Assembly (NCBI RefSeq): GCF_044704955.1
Contig: NC_091980.1
Location: forward strand, 273,730,001 to 273,794,000
DNA length: 64,000 nt
Direction: 5' to 3'
Origin: Pristiophorus japonicus
Lineage: Eukaryota
Shown here: one piece after another, positions 47,560 to 60,760 of the stretch
Numbering within the stretch: position 1 is the stretch's first letter
Layout of the letters: each line of letters begins with the position of its first letter
Notes under the pieces: generated by a model
The model's database searches: none
What the model was told of the DNA's origin: nothing
Seen by the model: the letters and a program-made list of their open reading frames with translations, nothing else
Translations under genes and position numbers: made by a program

Positions 47560-49626
47560 TAGGAAGATCTCACAGAGGGGAATCTGTAAAGCGACTGCTT
47601 CAGTATTAACCATCACTCTATGTGAGAAGGCACCAGGGCTTCTGAATGGAACCCTCAGGCACCGTTCTGTTTGGCAAGTCAATGTAAATTCATTCTGGGC
47701 ATTGCTTTGAGAGCGCAGTAATGGCAGTATTTCACGCTTTAGTATGACACCATTTGTTAGCATCACCAGAAAGAAACTCTCTGGACAAAGTATTTTTAAA
47801 ACAACCAAAACTAACAGTGCTTTGTGCAGGTGTGCTTGGGGATTTTGACTCTGGTGCTCCCCCCTAGCAATGGTGTACACTTTGTGTATTCCAAATCCCG
47901 ATCTTGTGCTGCTTCTAGGTGAATCCTCAGTGGCAGGAGCAATATAATGCATCCTGCAGGGTGGTGTAAGTGGGGCCCACTTGGGATTGAGGTCTCTCTG
48001 TACCTCCTGTTCCTGTCACTGCCCAATACTGTGGTGGTGCCTGGTCTTGTCAAGTGTTTGCCACCCGTGCCTATTCCAGCCATGCTGCTGCAGCCGTGAG
48101 CTCCATGTTGGACTACAGTTCTGTTGTGGTCATGCATGACTGGACACTTGTGGGTGGTGGACTCCTCCACACTTGCTGACAGGGTATTTTGCACACTTTC
48201 GAAGTGTTCATTTGGCGATACCAGCTTCCTTTAAACTATGACCTGTGAATCCCTGGGATCGGCAGCTGAGGAACATCACGAGTTAGTCCTTCAGACAGTG
48301 GAGTCCTTCTCTCTACTGCCACCATCTTGTGCTCTATGGCTCACCCGCTGCACCCTCCTCAAACAGACCTCTAAATCCTCGAGGGTAGATATACTTCTGT
48401 TTACACTGAGCAGAATGAGTGATGAGGGGTGCTATGAGGTGCTGGCTTCTTTAAGGCTCTGGGACCTGAGGCTGGCTCTTCCCATAATAGTCAGCAACAG
48501 ATCCCAGCGCCGCCAAGAAGCCAGTACCTCATAGCACCCTGCGACACGCACTCCACCCATAGAAAAAGAGGAACATGTATTACAATCCTAACTGCATGAT
48601 ACCCCTTCAGATACTACGTCGGTGGCAATCAATATATTGTGTGACATGGTGTAATGCTCAAGTGTATGCCCAGCAGCAATGAGTGAGTGAAAAAGTAGGG
48701 AGAGATGAAAGAAAATCAGAAAGATGTACCAATCCTAAGCTTGTGGGAAAGCAGCAACATCAGCCTCCCTCACACTCTGTGTGCACTCGGTGGCAATGAT
48801 TCCCGATGTGGCCTCTTCAAATTCACTCAATGCCCATCCCTCTCGCGCCCTCCTCCATACATAGCTGCTCCCTTATATTATGCATTGCTTTCTCCTGCAA
48901 ACAGAAAGGCAATTTTGATAATTTAGAGGAGTGCATAAGGGGAGATCTCAGTACTCATCTGACAGCCCATCATGTGTGTGCATCATACAGCTAGATGTTG
49001 TTGGAAAGATTTTGGGGGGAGAAACTCTTTTAAGATGTCAGTATGCCAAGTGCTTCAGGTAAAGTTACAGCTTCACTCTGTGCCGTGCTGCACATTGGAT
49101 AGACATGGTTCGCATTCGAAGGCTGTGATGTAGTCTCAATGGTTAAAAAAAAATTTTTTATGGAATACATGCTTTGGCAACCTTCTGGTATAAGGTAATG
49201 GTGGGTAGCCTTACCTTGGCTGAAATTGTCAAGTCTCTAAACTTTTTGTTTACATTTGGAGCCAGGGCAATTGATGACAGATCAATTGTTAATTTTAAAT
49301 CGGAGATTGATAACATTTTGTTAACCACAGGGATTAAGGGATATGGGCTAAATGCAGGTATACGGCACTAGATCACAGATCAGCCATGATCTCATTGAAT
49401 GGGGGAACAGGCTTGAGGGGCTGAATGGCCTACTCCTGTCCCGATGTTCTTATGTTCCTCGGTCCTCTGTGCTGTGGACACAGCATTGACACGGAGTGCT
49501 GCTTCCTTCCAGACTTCTCTCCTGTGGGAAGTGTGCGTTGAAGTACCTTCTGTGCCTCACTTCTTTCAGCAGCATCTTCCATGCTGCATCAGGAAGCCTT
49601 GGTGTTCTGATATACTGCTACTCCAT
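47560..49626 (-). mobile_element. Harbinger Myb/SANT ORF relic, multi-exon, with a CR1 tail inserted at ~49261-49458
   Basis: Exon 49215-49626 RTPRLPDAAWKMLLKEVRHRR..VWKEAALRVNAVS..RT[CR1]..KFRDLTISAK|gtaag; next exon from 48894 (tttgcag|EKAMHNIREQ). The lower boundary is approximate. Confidence 0.7.
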
Positions 49627-50719
49627 TCTTACACCGTGCAGCTCTGAACAAATGTTGTACAATAATTTGGGACTTTAAGTGCCAGATGACTTGCCTAAGA
49701 ACAAAAGCCACTGGTGGATTACATGTCAGAGACTCGCTCTGAATGTCTAATGAGTTCTGGGCCCAGAAGGTTCATCAGGGTTGACTGTGTGTTACTAAGG
49801 CAACCATAACACCTACACCCTAATGTTCTCACTGCCTCCTTGTTTAGATAGGAAAATCTACCTTGTATGTCAAACGTATGTCGCTTCATTATGCCATGTC
49901 CTTATCTCGTATTATCTCCCTCTGCTGGTAACTCTTGAAGAAAATTACCTGAGATTATCTGCAGGCTTGCACTTTATATGCCACATCCAATAAATTGTTT
50001 CAATAAATGAACATTTGCATTTTATAAGTGTACTGAAGCTAAGTGCAAAAGAAGAGGAATTAAAGTGTCCCCACTAAAACCTAGTGGGAGCTGGAGTTTG
50101 ATACCGAGACTTGGACATGCAGGCCTTCAGTTCCAGTCTAGAGGGTTCTGGTCCAGGGCAGTGGTCATGATGCTGACAGATGGCGACAGATTGTAAAAAA
50201 GATTGGTGAGTGGAAACTTGCAGTCAGCCCTGCAGAGATAAGCAGAACTGGACCCAATAAGAGGAAGCAGCTCTGTGGGATGATGAATCGGAAATTTTCC
50301 AAACATTGGTAACAAACCAATAAACCCAAAATCAAGGGAAGAAGCATATATTCCCCCCTTCCCATCATTATGTTCCTTTTTTCCATTTTTCACAAAGGAA
50401 TTGCCTCATGCTGATTCACTCTTCCACACTCTCACATGGGGGACACTTTCCCCTTAGTACCTTCCCTTCGTGACCATTCTTCATGTGTATGAAGGGCATC
50501 ATATCTGAACCTGATCCTGTACTCAACGAACACAAGCACTTCCAGGGGGTCACTGTATGGTCAGAAGTGGGAACCCCAACTGATTCCTGCCCAAGCTTAG
50601 CAGCACAGAGCATGGATCAAATCAGAGACCTTTGTGACCTATAAGGTTCAGGACCACAGCATACATGGTCATTGCCATGGTCAGAGGTGCCCACCCTGAT
50701 CCACCCTTGTAAGGTGGCG

Positions 50720-51170
50720 ATGCCCATAGCCGATGCATCAGAGGTGCCCCAAGCCCTTTCACTGACAGAAAATGACATTCGAAAAAACAATCTTCAGCTC
50801 CGAAGGAAGCCTGTAGCACCAGGATTGATTATCTTTGTCTGCAGAGCTGTTGGAACCTTGCCAAAGATCTCAATCGCACTCGCGCAGCTCTCAGCTAGCA
50901 GCAATTGTATTGAGGTCTTAAGAAGAGGTAATGGGTAGAATCCCCGTGGTAGCACAGGAACAGAAGCTCCCCCAGGTACATACTCTGGGCAGTAGGGGTG
51001 AGTAAAGTTTTGCATCCCCCACCGCACATCAAAAATCCCAGCTTTCGCCACATTTTCCAATTCTTCAAGTGCAGTTCCACCTTGTTTTCAACATGGCCCT
51101 TAGCAGAATTACAGAGCTTTACTGTCCACATATTAACAGAGAAGATTATAGTACTTTAAAAGGATATCCC
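50720..51170 (+). mobile_element. Possible ancient L1 ORF2 post-RT relic
   Basis: Across frames IRKNNLQ/APK, WVES, KNPSFRH, FSTW appear in the order expected of fish L1; very degenerate. Confidence 0.3.
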
Positions 51171-51172
51171 TG

Positions 51173-54100
51173 TGTAATATCTTCAGGTACTCACAGAAAC
51201 ACACACAGCCTTAAGGAGGCAGAACCTTCCAGAAGTCACCAGTCAGGTGACCTGGTCTCTTTATTATAAACAGCACTGGCTGCAGTGCCACAGGAATCCA
51301 CAGTGTGGAGCTACAGACATTACACTTCTCCCTCCTTAATGAGGAAGTAATTATAACAAACAATCATCATACATAACTTGCATGGTTATACATAACAAAA
51401 GATATGGACTTATTTTGCCATATTTACAAATCAAGCTTTGTTTTGAAGAGGATACCTTCACTCTCGAACAGAACCTTCCAAACACGGTGTCGAATTTATA
51501 TTCATTCGAGGCTGATCCTCCAAGGGGTGCCCTTGATTTCCAATTGAACTCTCTCTAACTTCAGACTGTTTGTTTGCCTGACTCGGACTCAGAATTAAAT
51601 TCTGAATTTCTCTTGGATTTGTTTTCAGTACATTTGATGTAGGATATGCTACTGGTGTATCAAAACTATCTGATGAGTTAGAAATAATTGAATCATTCCG
51701 ACCTTCAACTACTTCCACATCTGTAGGTAAAATATAATCAATGTGAACAAACCTAACCTGCCCATGATCAAACATCTTGACCAAATATGTGCGAGGACCA
51801 CATATCTTCACCACTCTTCCTAGTAACCACTTTAACCATTTATGATGATGGTTCTTCACTGTCACCTTCTGACTTAATTTCACACTTCTCTCTTTTACTC
51901 TACCTCTATCATGATTCTCTTTCTATCTTAATTGTGTCTCTTCTATGGACTGTGCCAAGTTTGGTTTTAACAACGAGAATCTGGTTCGTGGCTGTCGTTT
52001 GAGAAACAACTCTGCTGGTGTTCTACCAGTAGTTTTGTGAAGAGTATTACGATACATAATTAGGAAATTAGCCAATTTGTGGTCCAATGACAACTGTCGT
52101 TTCTTTGGATTTGGATCCAACATCTGTTTGATGAGGGCACGTTTTACAATTTGTACAGTGTGCTCTGCTGCACCATTTGAAGCAGGGTGATATGGTGGAA
52201 CCTTGGTAAGTTTCACACCATTTTGGCTCGTGAATTGTGCAAATTCTTCTGAATGAAAATGTGGTCCATTATCCGAAACAATTTCTTCTGGGAAACCAAA
52301 TGAAGAAAATAATCTTCGTAAAATGTCTAATGTTGTACTTGTTGTTATTTTCCCCATTGGAAACACCTCGACCCACTTCGAATGGCTATCAATCACAATG
52401 AACAATTGTTGTCCTTCTAGCTCAGCAAAATCAATATGTAGCCTTTGCCACAATCTGGGAGACCATTTCCATGGTTGTAATGGTACTGATGGTGGTTGCT
52501 TGCTTACTGATTGACATGGCGTATACTGACTGACGATGTACTCTATATCTTTATCAAGGCATGGCCACCATAAGTAACTGCGTGCAAAACGCTTGGTCAA
52601 GCACATTCCCAGGTGCTGGTCATGGAGATCTCCTAATAATTTGGACCTGAATTTATTTGGCATAACCACTCTTGCACCCCACATGTTACAATCTTTATCG
52701 ACTGATAATTCATTCCTATGAATGAAGAATGGATGAATATCTTTGTCTATTACCTGGTTTGGCCATCCATTTGCAATATAATCATACACCTTTGACATCA
52801 CTGCGTCATGTTTGGTTGCTCTACCAATCTCCAGCTGTGACTGGCAGTTCATCCATTTATGAAAAATAGAACACTTCTTCCCTATTGTTTGTAACTTGTG
52901 ATGGGGAAGGCAATCTAGACATAGCATCAGCATTAATGTGATCGGCTGATCATCTGTATTCAATATCATATGTATATGCTGACAAAATCAAAGCCCATCT
53001 CTGCATTCGGGCTGCAGCTAACGTTGGAACTGGGGACTTTGGATGGAGTATTGCTGTCAGGGGCTTATGGTTCGTAACGATGGTAAACATACGACCATAC
53101 AAGTATTTGTGGAACTTCTTGATCCCAAAAATTAATGCCAAAGTTTCCCTTTCGATTTGCGCATAATTTCGCTCACTGGCACTGAGTGCGTGAAGCAAAA
53201 GCAAGTGGTCTCTCCTCCCCACTACGTAATACATGAGAGATCACTGCCCCAACACCATACGGAGAGGCATCACATTCTAGCTTGATCTTATATACGTCAT
53301 AGTGAACTAACATGGTGCTCTCTACCAATTTGCTTTTACACTCCTTGAAAGCTGTATCGCATTCTTCTGACCACTTCCAATGGACCTGTTTTTTCAATAG
53401 TTCATTCAGTGGATGTAATACTGTAGCCAAATTTGGTAGGAACTTCCCAAAATAGTTTAAAGGACCCAAAAATGATCTAAGTTCAGTGACATTCTTGGGA
53501 GTGGTTGCATTTCTGATTGCATCCAGCTTTCCCTTGGTTGGATGTAAACCATCTTTTTCTACTCTGTACCCTAAAGTACTCCACTGAGTTTTTAAATAAC
53601 TCACACTTGCGAGCAGACATTCGTACTCTGTGCTTCTCTAGCCATTTGAGGACTTCATTCAATATGTTATTATAAATGTGCCTATCTGGTGCTGAAATTA
53701 GTAATTCATCTAAATAACATACTACCCCTTCAATACCTTGTAAAATCTGGTTCATCACCCCTTGGAATATGGCAGGGGTGGAAGACACTCCAAATGATAG
53801 CCTATTAAATTGATTTAGGCCAAGATGAGTATTTATAGTCAAACATGACTTGGAGCCCTCATCGAGTTCAAGCTGTAAGTAGGCATTCGTAAGATCCAAC
53901 TTTGAGAAGATCTGACCAACTGTCAGTGTTGTGAACAAATCTTCTATTTTTGGCAATGTATTGGGGACATTACCCTCTAGAACCTGGTTTATGGTTACTT
54001 TATAATCACCACACAATCTTACCTTACCATCGGACTTAGGTACAACAACAATGGGTGTAACCCAATTACATCGATCTATCTTTAGAAATAATGTTCTCAG

Positions 54101-55764
54101 TCTCTAGTCTTTTGAGTTCTTGCTCAACGTTTTCCTTGAGTGCATATGGTATGGAACGTGGCTTGCAGTAAACCGATCTAGCATCCTTCTGTACCCTGAC
54201 ACTCGCCTTGAAGCCTTGGATTGGACTGTCTATTTCGCAGAGCACCTTCGGATAATTCTTGATGACATCATCCTTTGATGCCAATCTCGTTTCAACACAA
54301 AAAATCTCACTCCAATCCAGTTTCAGTGATCACAACCAATTTCTTCCTAGTAAGGCAGGCTTGTCTCCTGCCACTACTATTAGAGGCAAGCTCTGAAATT
54401 GATCCTTGTATTTCACTGGTATGGTGATACGACCTACCACAGGAATATTCTCTCCCGAGTAGCCTCGCAGCTCTTTCTTGGATTTCTCCAATGGGAAATC
54501 CCGCAATTTGTTGAGGTATAGCGACCCCGGTACTACACTCACAGACCCACCAGTGTCGATTTCCTTGGTATCTTGATTCCTGCAACATCTATGTGGATTA
54601 TGATACTTTTCGAATTGCTGTTAGTTAACCTCGTGCTCTTGATGATGTTTAGCTCTGACATCTCCTTGTCCTGTTGTTTTTCTTGCATGCTATGTAGTCT
54701 CTGGGAATTTCTACTCATAGCTTTGAAAGCCGGTTTACCCTTCAGTCGGCATGCCTTCGCAAGATGCCCAGTTTTCCTGCAGAAGAAATACTCTGCCTTC
54801 ACATATGGAAAACTTTGAGCAATGTGTTGTTCCAGGCACCGATAGCAGGACTTCAATACTCTGTGACTGTTGCCAGTTTCTGAGACTTTGGGACCCAACT
54901 GCCTTTTACTTTTAACCTGCAGGCGATTCATCTCAGTTGTCTGACGACTAGAAATAATATGAAATTCTCGGGAATATTGGTCGACCATGTTCATTGACAT
55001 AGCAATCTGACAAGCTAAATCAAAAGTCAAGTCAGGCGTTGTCAATAACTTTCTTCTGATCGCATCATTTTTCATCCCACAAACAAAGCGGTCACGCAAT
55101 GCTCGGTCCTGAAAGTTTCCGAAGTTGCAGTGAATAGATAGCTTTTTTAATGCTACAATGTACTCACTGATATTTTCTTTGGTTAACTGATCTCGTATTC
55201 TGAAACGATAACTTTTAGCAATTTCCAAGGGCACGGGGCTGTACTGCTGTACTGCTTAAGAGTTGTGTCCTTTGGCTTGTCAGGCACAAGCATATTTTTC
55301 AAGGTTTCTTACACCTCGGGCCCTGCTTCAGTTAAGAAAATAGCCCCTTGTCATTCCAACACCACCCGTTTATGGTTTTTGTCATCGGGGTCTTTGAGGG
55401 TATTATTTGTGGTGAAAAGCATTTCTAGCCGCTCCACATACGCTCTGAAACTTTCACGGTCGCGTTGAAATTCCCCCAAATGCCCTATTACCCCCATAGG
55501 CACGGCCATCCGGACTCTGGCAGTTCAAACAAGTGTGCTTGTAATTTACCTCGGATTTGTAGCTGTTAATCAAAACAGAGAAGTTCTCAAAATCTCTCTG
55601 TCGGCTAGCTGAATCCTCCGCTTAATCCCATCTTCGCCGCCATTGTGATATTTTCAGGGAGCTCACAGCACACACAGCCTTAAGGTGGCAGAATCTTCCA
55701 CAAGTCACTCGTCAGGTGACCTTGTCCCTTTATTATAAACAGCACTGGCTGCAGTGCCACAGGA
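51173..55764 (-). mobile_element. Near-complete Gypsy/Ty3 LTR retrotransposon, degenerate
   Basis: 3'LTR 51173-51324 (tgtaat..attaca) with adjacent PPT; partial 5'LTR 55644-55764; PBS tggcggcgaagatgggatt (tRNA-Ser(GCT)-like); gag, PR, RT (YLDE), RH (CDASPYG), INT (HLG..C, HIDF, SDNG, SNGAAE). Confidence 0.94.
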
Positions 55765-56451
55765 GTAAATAGAAATACACAAAGGAAAGCAAGAAGGTCA
55801 GAAAATCCTTGCAGAGAAATTAGGAACAGAAGGCCAGTATATTTCTGCACAACAAATGCTCTCATCATTTCTCTAAATCAGGAACAGTAAAACAAAGTAG
55901 AGAGAGAGAATGTCAGCTGAGGTACATAATTAACAGACAGAGAACCTACAGAAACTGCAGTAAGCATCGACCAACAGAAAAAAACATGCAGTCAAACTAA
56001 TAAAATCAGGAAGATAATGGAAGCCTGAACTTAGAAAGCCCATGAAGATCAAGAGAGCAAAGGAGACAAAGGTAATTGAGTATGAAAACTACAAGTATAT
56101 GAGCAAGAGAAGCCACTGAGAGAAAACATAGAAAACAGAGCACAACTAAGTTTAAAAATGCACACCTCAACCATACATTATATAAAAAGCACCGTATTAC
56201 ATTGATTTATATCTGCAAATACATTATTGGATTGAGAGCTGATATAAAAATATATAACATTTTTATAATATGATTACTTCTTCATTTATTTCACTTCCTT
56301 TACTCTTTTCAAGCTCTCTTGATATAAATGAATTGAAAATAACAGAAGGTTAGGAATGTGCTCAAGGCAGTGATACAGTCAGGAGGGTTGAATGATGTCG
56401 TGAACAGTGACACTGAAGTGCTTTATAGATCCAACCTCTTTGTTCATTTTA

Positions 56452-56935
56452 ACATAAGAACATAAGAACATAAGAAATAGGAGCAGGAGTAGGCCATACG
56501 ACCCCTCAAACCTACGCCGCCATTTAATACGATCATAGCTGATCCGATCATGGACTCAGGTCCACTTCCCCGCCCGCTCCCCATAACCCCTTATTCCCTT
56601 ATCAGTTAAGAAACTGTCTATCTCTGTCTTAAATTTATTCAATGGCCCAGCTTCCACAGCTCTCTGAGGCAGCGAATTCCACAGATTTACAACACTCTAA
56701 GAGAAGAAATTCCACCTCAGCTCAGTTTTAAATGGGCGGACCCTTATTGTAAGATTATGCCCCCTAGTTCTAGTCTCCCCCATCCATGGAAACTCTCTGC
56801 ATCCACCTTGTCAAGTCCCCTCATAATCTTATACATTTCGATAAGATCACCTCTCATTATTCTGAATTCCAATGAGAAGAGGTCCAACCTACTCAACCTT
56901 TCCTCATAAGTCAACCCTCTCATCTCCGGAATCAA
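56452..56935 (-). mobile_element. CR1 3' fragment
   Basis: (acataaga)n tail; YEERLSRL..MRGDLIE. Confidence 0.85.
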
Positions 56936-57221
56936 CAGCTTGGAAGAAATTCTCAACCTATGTTACCTTTTTATACAATTATGTAGAGTTTCTTTTTCTG
57001 ACCCTTTCCAAGCATGCCCATTTGAATTTTACTTTAGAAAATGCCTCTTATGGCAGACATGTTTATTGGTACGGTTTCATGCCACGTCACAGGAAAGGAG
57101 GTGCCTTACAAGATTAACACTTATGAACATACGAACATACGAACAATGACGGACAGGTAAAGACCATCTGGTCCATCGAGCCTGCCCCACACAATTGCGA
57201 TACCTTGTGTATCACAACATA

Positions 57222-58108
57222 TGTCTACGGAGCAGGAGTGATTCCCGTCCTCCTTTATGCCTCAGGGACATGGGCAATGTACAGTAGACACCTCAAATCA
57301 CTGGAGGAGTACCACCAACGTTGCTGTGACAAAATTCTGCAAATCCATTGGCAGGATAGGTGCACCAACATCAGCGTTCTCTCTCAGGCCAACATCCCCA
57401 GCATTGAAGCATCGATCACGCTTAATCAGCTCCGATGTGCGGGCCACGTAGTCCGCATACAAGACTCCCGAAACAGGCACTCTACTCTGAGCTCCGTCAC
57501 GGCAATCGAGCCCCAGGAGGGCAGAGAAAATGCTTCAAGGACATCCTCAAAGCCTCCCTGAAAAAATGTAACATCCCTACCGACTCTTGAGAATCCCTGA
57601 CCTATGACCGCTCAAAGTGGAGAAGAAGTATTCAGGAAGGCGTCGCACACTGAGTCTCTTTGTCGGTGTGATATTATGTATTGCTGTGTGTATCGTCCTG
57701 GTACCTTAAATGTAATGTAAGCACAATGCTACACCACAGAGGGCGCTGTGGTGGGAAACCTGGAAGTGCCTGCAACAGGCGCTATAAAAAGGCTGACCAC
57801 CACACCTGAGAGGCACTCTGGAGCTGAACAATAAAGGACGAAGGTCACAGCAGTTAGATTTACGCCAGACCGTGTGGAGTCAGTGATTTGTGTGCTGCAT
57901 ACACCACTGTCGGGAGCACGCGGTAATCAAGTAAAAACAGCGGAAGGAGAATATGACAAACCACGCACCCCACCCACCCATTCCTGTAACCACCATCTGC
58001 CCCATCTGTGACAGAGTTTGTAGATCCCGCATTGAACTCATCAGCCAGCTTCGAACTCATGTTAGTGTGGAAGCAAGTCATCCTTGACTCCAAGGGACTG
58101 CCTAAGAA
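57222..58108 (+). mobile_element. RTE-clade LINE 3' fragment
   Basis: VIPVLLYASGTW..YHQRC..ILQIHWQD..TNISVL..QLRCAGHVVR; ends gactgcctaagaag. Confidence 0.85.
57667..57906 (+). mobile_element. Solo Gypsy LTR inside the RTE fragment
   Basis: TG..CA ends, TATAAAA, AATAAAGGAC..AGGTCAC as in LTR 41169; flanking duplicated (tg)tcgg. Confidence 0.8.
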
Positions 58109-59094
58109 GGAGACTTCATCCCCACCCAAAACCATGTGATCTCCTGGAAGAGGCCAAAAAAACAGATTAAAAAATCCAGACCAATTTGGGAAAAGAAATC
58201 TGGGATATTTCTCTCCAACCCGTCTAGGCAATCAAGATTAGTCCAGGAGATCACTCTGGCCCTGAATTCCCTACAATACCCACCTTCTGGAAGAAGTGAT
58301 CTCTGCCCCGGCCTGAATCAGGTCCAGCTCTCATTTGAAGGAATTCAGTGAATCAGCATCTACCACACGAGACGGCAGCCTGTTGCAGAGGTCCACTATT
58401 CTCTGGGGAAAGAACCACTTCCTGACATCTAATCTAGATCTAGCCTTATACAACTTAAATTTGTGAACCCTGGTCCTGCCTAACCTATTTAATTGAAATA
58501 AACTGTCAGCTGGAACACAATCTATTCCCTTCATTATCTTATAAACCTCAATCAGATCAATATGTCTACGCTTCTCTAACGTATAGAGTCCCAACTCTTT
58601 TGAACTATCTTGATAACTAAGATGCTTTAGACTGGGAATTAGTCTTGTGGCCCTCCTCTGTACCCTCTGCAAAGCCTCAAAATCACCGACCATGTGAAGA
58701 AACCAAAACTGGATAAAGTATTCCAAATGCGGCCTGACTAAGGTCTTGTACAAAGACAAAACAGTATGCCTTGTCTTGTACTCAATTATCCTATGGATAC
58801 ACCCCAACACCCTATTTGATTTAGCTATCGCTTCACAGCATTGCTCATCTTCCTTTAAAGATGTATGCACTAGAATGCCCAAATCTCTTTCTATCTCCAC
58901 CATCTTTAATGCCTTTCCCTGAAGAGCTTATGAATGTTGAGCATTTGCCCTGCCCACATATGTAAAACTACACTTACCTAAGTTATACATCATTTTCCAG
59001 TCTTGAGCTGAATCTCCCAACACATTAAGATCTGCCTGAAGCAGACGAGCATCATCTACAGTTCTAACACTCACACAGATCTTAGTATTATCTG

Positions 59095-60760
59095 CACCAC
59101 CAGTGACTTCTTCCTCTTATTATTTCTTATCTCCACCCAAACTGATTCAACATATTGATTTTCTGAGCTAATATAATTTCTCACCACTGCACTGATCTCA
59201 TCCTTTATTAACAGAGCTACCCCACCTCCTTTTCCTTTCTGCCTGTCCTTCCGAATTGTCAAATACCCCTGAATATTCAGTTCCCAGCCTTGGTCACCTT
59301 GCAACCATGTCTCTGTAATGGCCATCAGATCATACCCATTTATATCTATTTGTGCCGCCAACTCATCTATTTTGTTAAGAATGCTGCGTGCATTCAGATA
59401 AAGAGCTTATAATTTTGTTTTTTTTACCATTTTTTCCCTGCTTTGACCCCACTTTCTAATACACTTTTATGTTTATACATTCTGTCGCTTCCTGGCACGC
59501 TCTGGTTATCATTTCCCCCAGCGCTACCCTGCTCTATTGTCTTCTCCTTGCTCTTTGACCTTTTTAAATTTCCGCTCACCTGAACCCTCACCTCAATATT
59601 TAGTTTAAAGCCCTCTCTATAGCCCTAGTTATTCACCAGGACCCTAGTCCCAGCACGGTCTAAGTGGAGCCTGCCCAAACGGAACAGTTTACCCCAGTAC
59701 TGGTCCCAGTGTCCCACGAACCAAAACCCATTTCTCCCACACCAGTCTTTGAGCTACGTGTTTAACTCTCTGATCTAATTTACCCTATGCAAATTTGCTC
59801 GTGGCTCAGGTAGTAATCCAGAGATTATTGCCTTTGTGGTTCTGCTTTTTAATTTAGCCCCTAACTGCTCATACTCCCTCAGCAGAACCACTTCCTTTGT
59901 TCTACTTATGTCATTGGTACCTACATGGACCACGACAACTGGATCATTCCCCTGCCACACCAAGTTCCTCTCCAGTCCTAAGGAGATGTCCTTAACCCTG
60001 GCACCGGGCAGGCAACACAGCCATCGGGACTAATGCTCTCAGCTGTAGAGAACAATATCTATCCGCTTAATGATATTGTTCCCTACCACTACAATGTTTC
60101 TTTTTACTCCCCCCACTTGAATGGCCCCCTGTTCCATGGTGCTGTGGTCAGTTTGCTCATCCTCCCTGCAGTCCCTCCTCTCGTCCACACATGACCTGCT
60201 GGACAAGAGCAAGGGCTGAAGCTCCTTCATCACTCCATCCTGAGTACCCATACCTGCCTCGCTTGTTGTGACACCCTCCTGTCCCTGACCACGGATCGAA
60301 TTTGAATTAATTAACCTAATTGGTGTGACTAGCTCCTGGATCGCGACGTCCAGGTAACTCTCCCCCTCCCTGATGCATCACAGTGTCCGAAGCCTGGACT
60401 CCAGCTCATCATCACCGAGCCGAAGATCCTCGAGCTGCAGACACTTGCAGCAGATGTGGTCGTGGTGGACCTCAATGGTGTCCAGCAGCTCCTACATGTT
60501 GCAGCAGTAACACATTGCCTGTCCTGCCATCTATAATGTATTTAATTAATTCAGTTTTGAAGTTTTTAACGTTTAGTTTTTAATCCGGCTCTTAATTTAA
60601 AGCAATGCCCAAGAAAAGAGAGAAAAGCTCACCAACCAATCACTTCCCTGCTTTCCTGTGACCTCACACATTGATTCTTTTACTTCTTATCTTCGCAGAT
60701 CAGTTGATGCTGGTTGGGTCGCTGCTCGGCTCTCTCGCGCCCTTTGTAGGGTTGCTGCTG
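59095..60760 (-). mobile_element. CR1 5' part (5'UTR, ORF1 esterase, start of EN)
   Basis: VVVHVGTND, ISGLLP, AITETWLQ, GGGVALL; 5'UTR motif ccaatcactt..ctgtga shared with 8230-8290. Confidence 0.85.

Larger units (their letters stand above)
57125..59070 (-). mobile_element. CR1-group LINE 3' part (interrupted by RTE 57222-58108); EN piece of the same family probably at 62217-62545
   Basis: (gaacatac)n tail; ERDLGILV..LVRPHLEY..; ILDL..HLANSDHNII at 62279-62545. Confidence 0.75.

Noticed and set aside
50794-51060. 88-aa minus-strand ORF as a nested gene
   Set aside because: No recognisable domain or supported exon chain; the opposite strand weakly resembles old L1.
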